From assembly GCA_016928395.1 (NCBI GenBank), contig JAFGKV010000061.1, forward strand, positions 1 through 50,662: a stretch of DNA of 50,662 nucleotides. Reading direction: 5' to 3'. The translations under genes and the position numbers were made by a program. Origin of the DNA: Candidatus Fermentibacterota bacterium (GTDB taxonomy: Bacteria > JAFGKV01). Position 1 is the first letter of the stretch. Each line of letters starts with the position of its first letter. Of this stretch, positions 50,111 to 50,662 are shown piece by piece. The notes under the pieces are model-generated. The model was not told where the DNA came from. It did not search any database and worked only from the letters and a program-made list of their open reading frames with translations.

Positions 50111-50662
50111 AGAAGTGAAGAGGTGAAATGGTCAACCGGTCGGGAGTTCGGGCTGAACCCTTGTGTGAGAGTCCGCGCAAAGCCCGTACACGTGCACGTA
50201 CGCGTATTCGACGGCCCCCTCGTCGATTGCGACCGCGATGGCGCCCATCAACGATGTAGGAGGGCCTTCAGGCCCGACAGGAGCGGCGTGTCGCGGCTGA
50301 AGCCGCTCCTACGAGGCAACGGCGTCGGGGACGTCTCAGGGACCTGTGCCCTCCCGCTCAGTGCGCCGTACTCTCAACCCTTGGGAGATCTGAGTGCGCC
50401 TTCGCCCTCAGAGGCTCGCCTGAACCCTGAACCCAAACCTGTAGCTCCATGCCGCCGTGCGCGGAGTTGCACCAGGTATCGTCCGGGCTGGCCCGGGGCC
50501 CCCACTTGTTCCAGAGAACATGCAAAGCTCGTACTCGTATTCGAATGCCCGACTCGTCGATTCCGATGGCGATGGCGGCCCCGAACCCCCGGCGGGCGAC
50601 GGGAGACGGTCGCCCCTACGAGGGCTGGTGCCCATCATGTCCGTAGGGGCGGGACTCTGTGC
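50096..50662. repeat. Mosaic intergenic repeat element D with GTAG-tagged REP-like palindromes
   Basis: Octamers GAAGTAAG/GAAGTGAA; GTAG..CTAC pair 50256-50312; 50365-50441 is similar to the reverse complement of 26025-26104; CTCGTA hexamers; GCCCCTAC and GTAGGGGC at 50593-50662. Confidence 0.8.

Overview
GC-rich bacterial chromosomal window, probably from a poorly characterised diderm (inferred from lipoproteins, a FlgD/T9SS-like sorting tail and the gene families). 1-8 kb (minus strand): a tightly coupled operon of an SH3b membrane protein, a four-gene uncharacterised membrane module (FN3+DUF6754-like protein plus three partners), a 1314-aa sensor histidine kinase and the start of priA. 8-26 kb: mostly housekeeping genes: aspS, M23 peptidase, GATase-like secreted protein, Zn-ribbon protein, nnr, lepB, PAS-GGDEF, corA, L7/L12-like membrane protein, menG/ubiE, CDP-alcohol phosphatidyltransferase, an ABC-2 exporter led by a degenerate MoeA-like gene, and tRNA-Glu(TTC). 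26-45.8 kb: a patchy accessory region with katG, lipoproteins, a HAD hydrolase, several pseudogenes, Spy/CpxP, CsbD, two VapBC-type TA pairs, a probable group II intron remnant, a 65-bp direct repeat and an AT-richer FeS/FAD oxidoreductase + acyl-CoA-reductase-like pair. 45.8-50.1 kb: tkt coupled to a domain-swapped ADP-forming acyl-CoA synthetase. Intergenic spaces hold recurring mosaic elements built from stacked short-repeat and palindrome modules. Family assignments come from motif recognition only; no searches were run.
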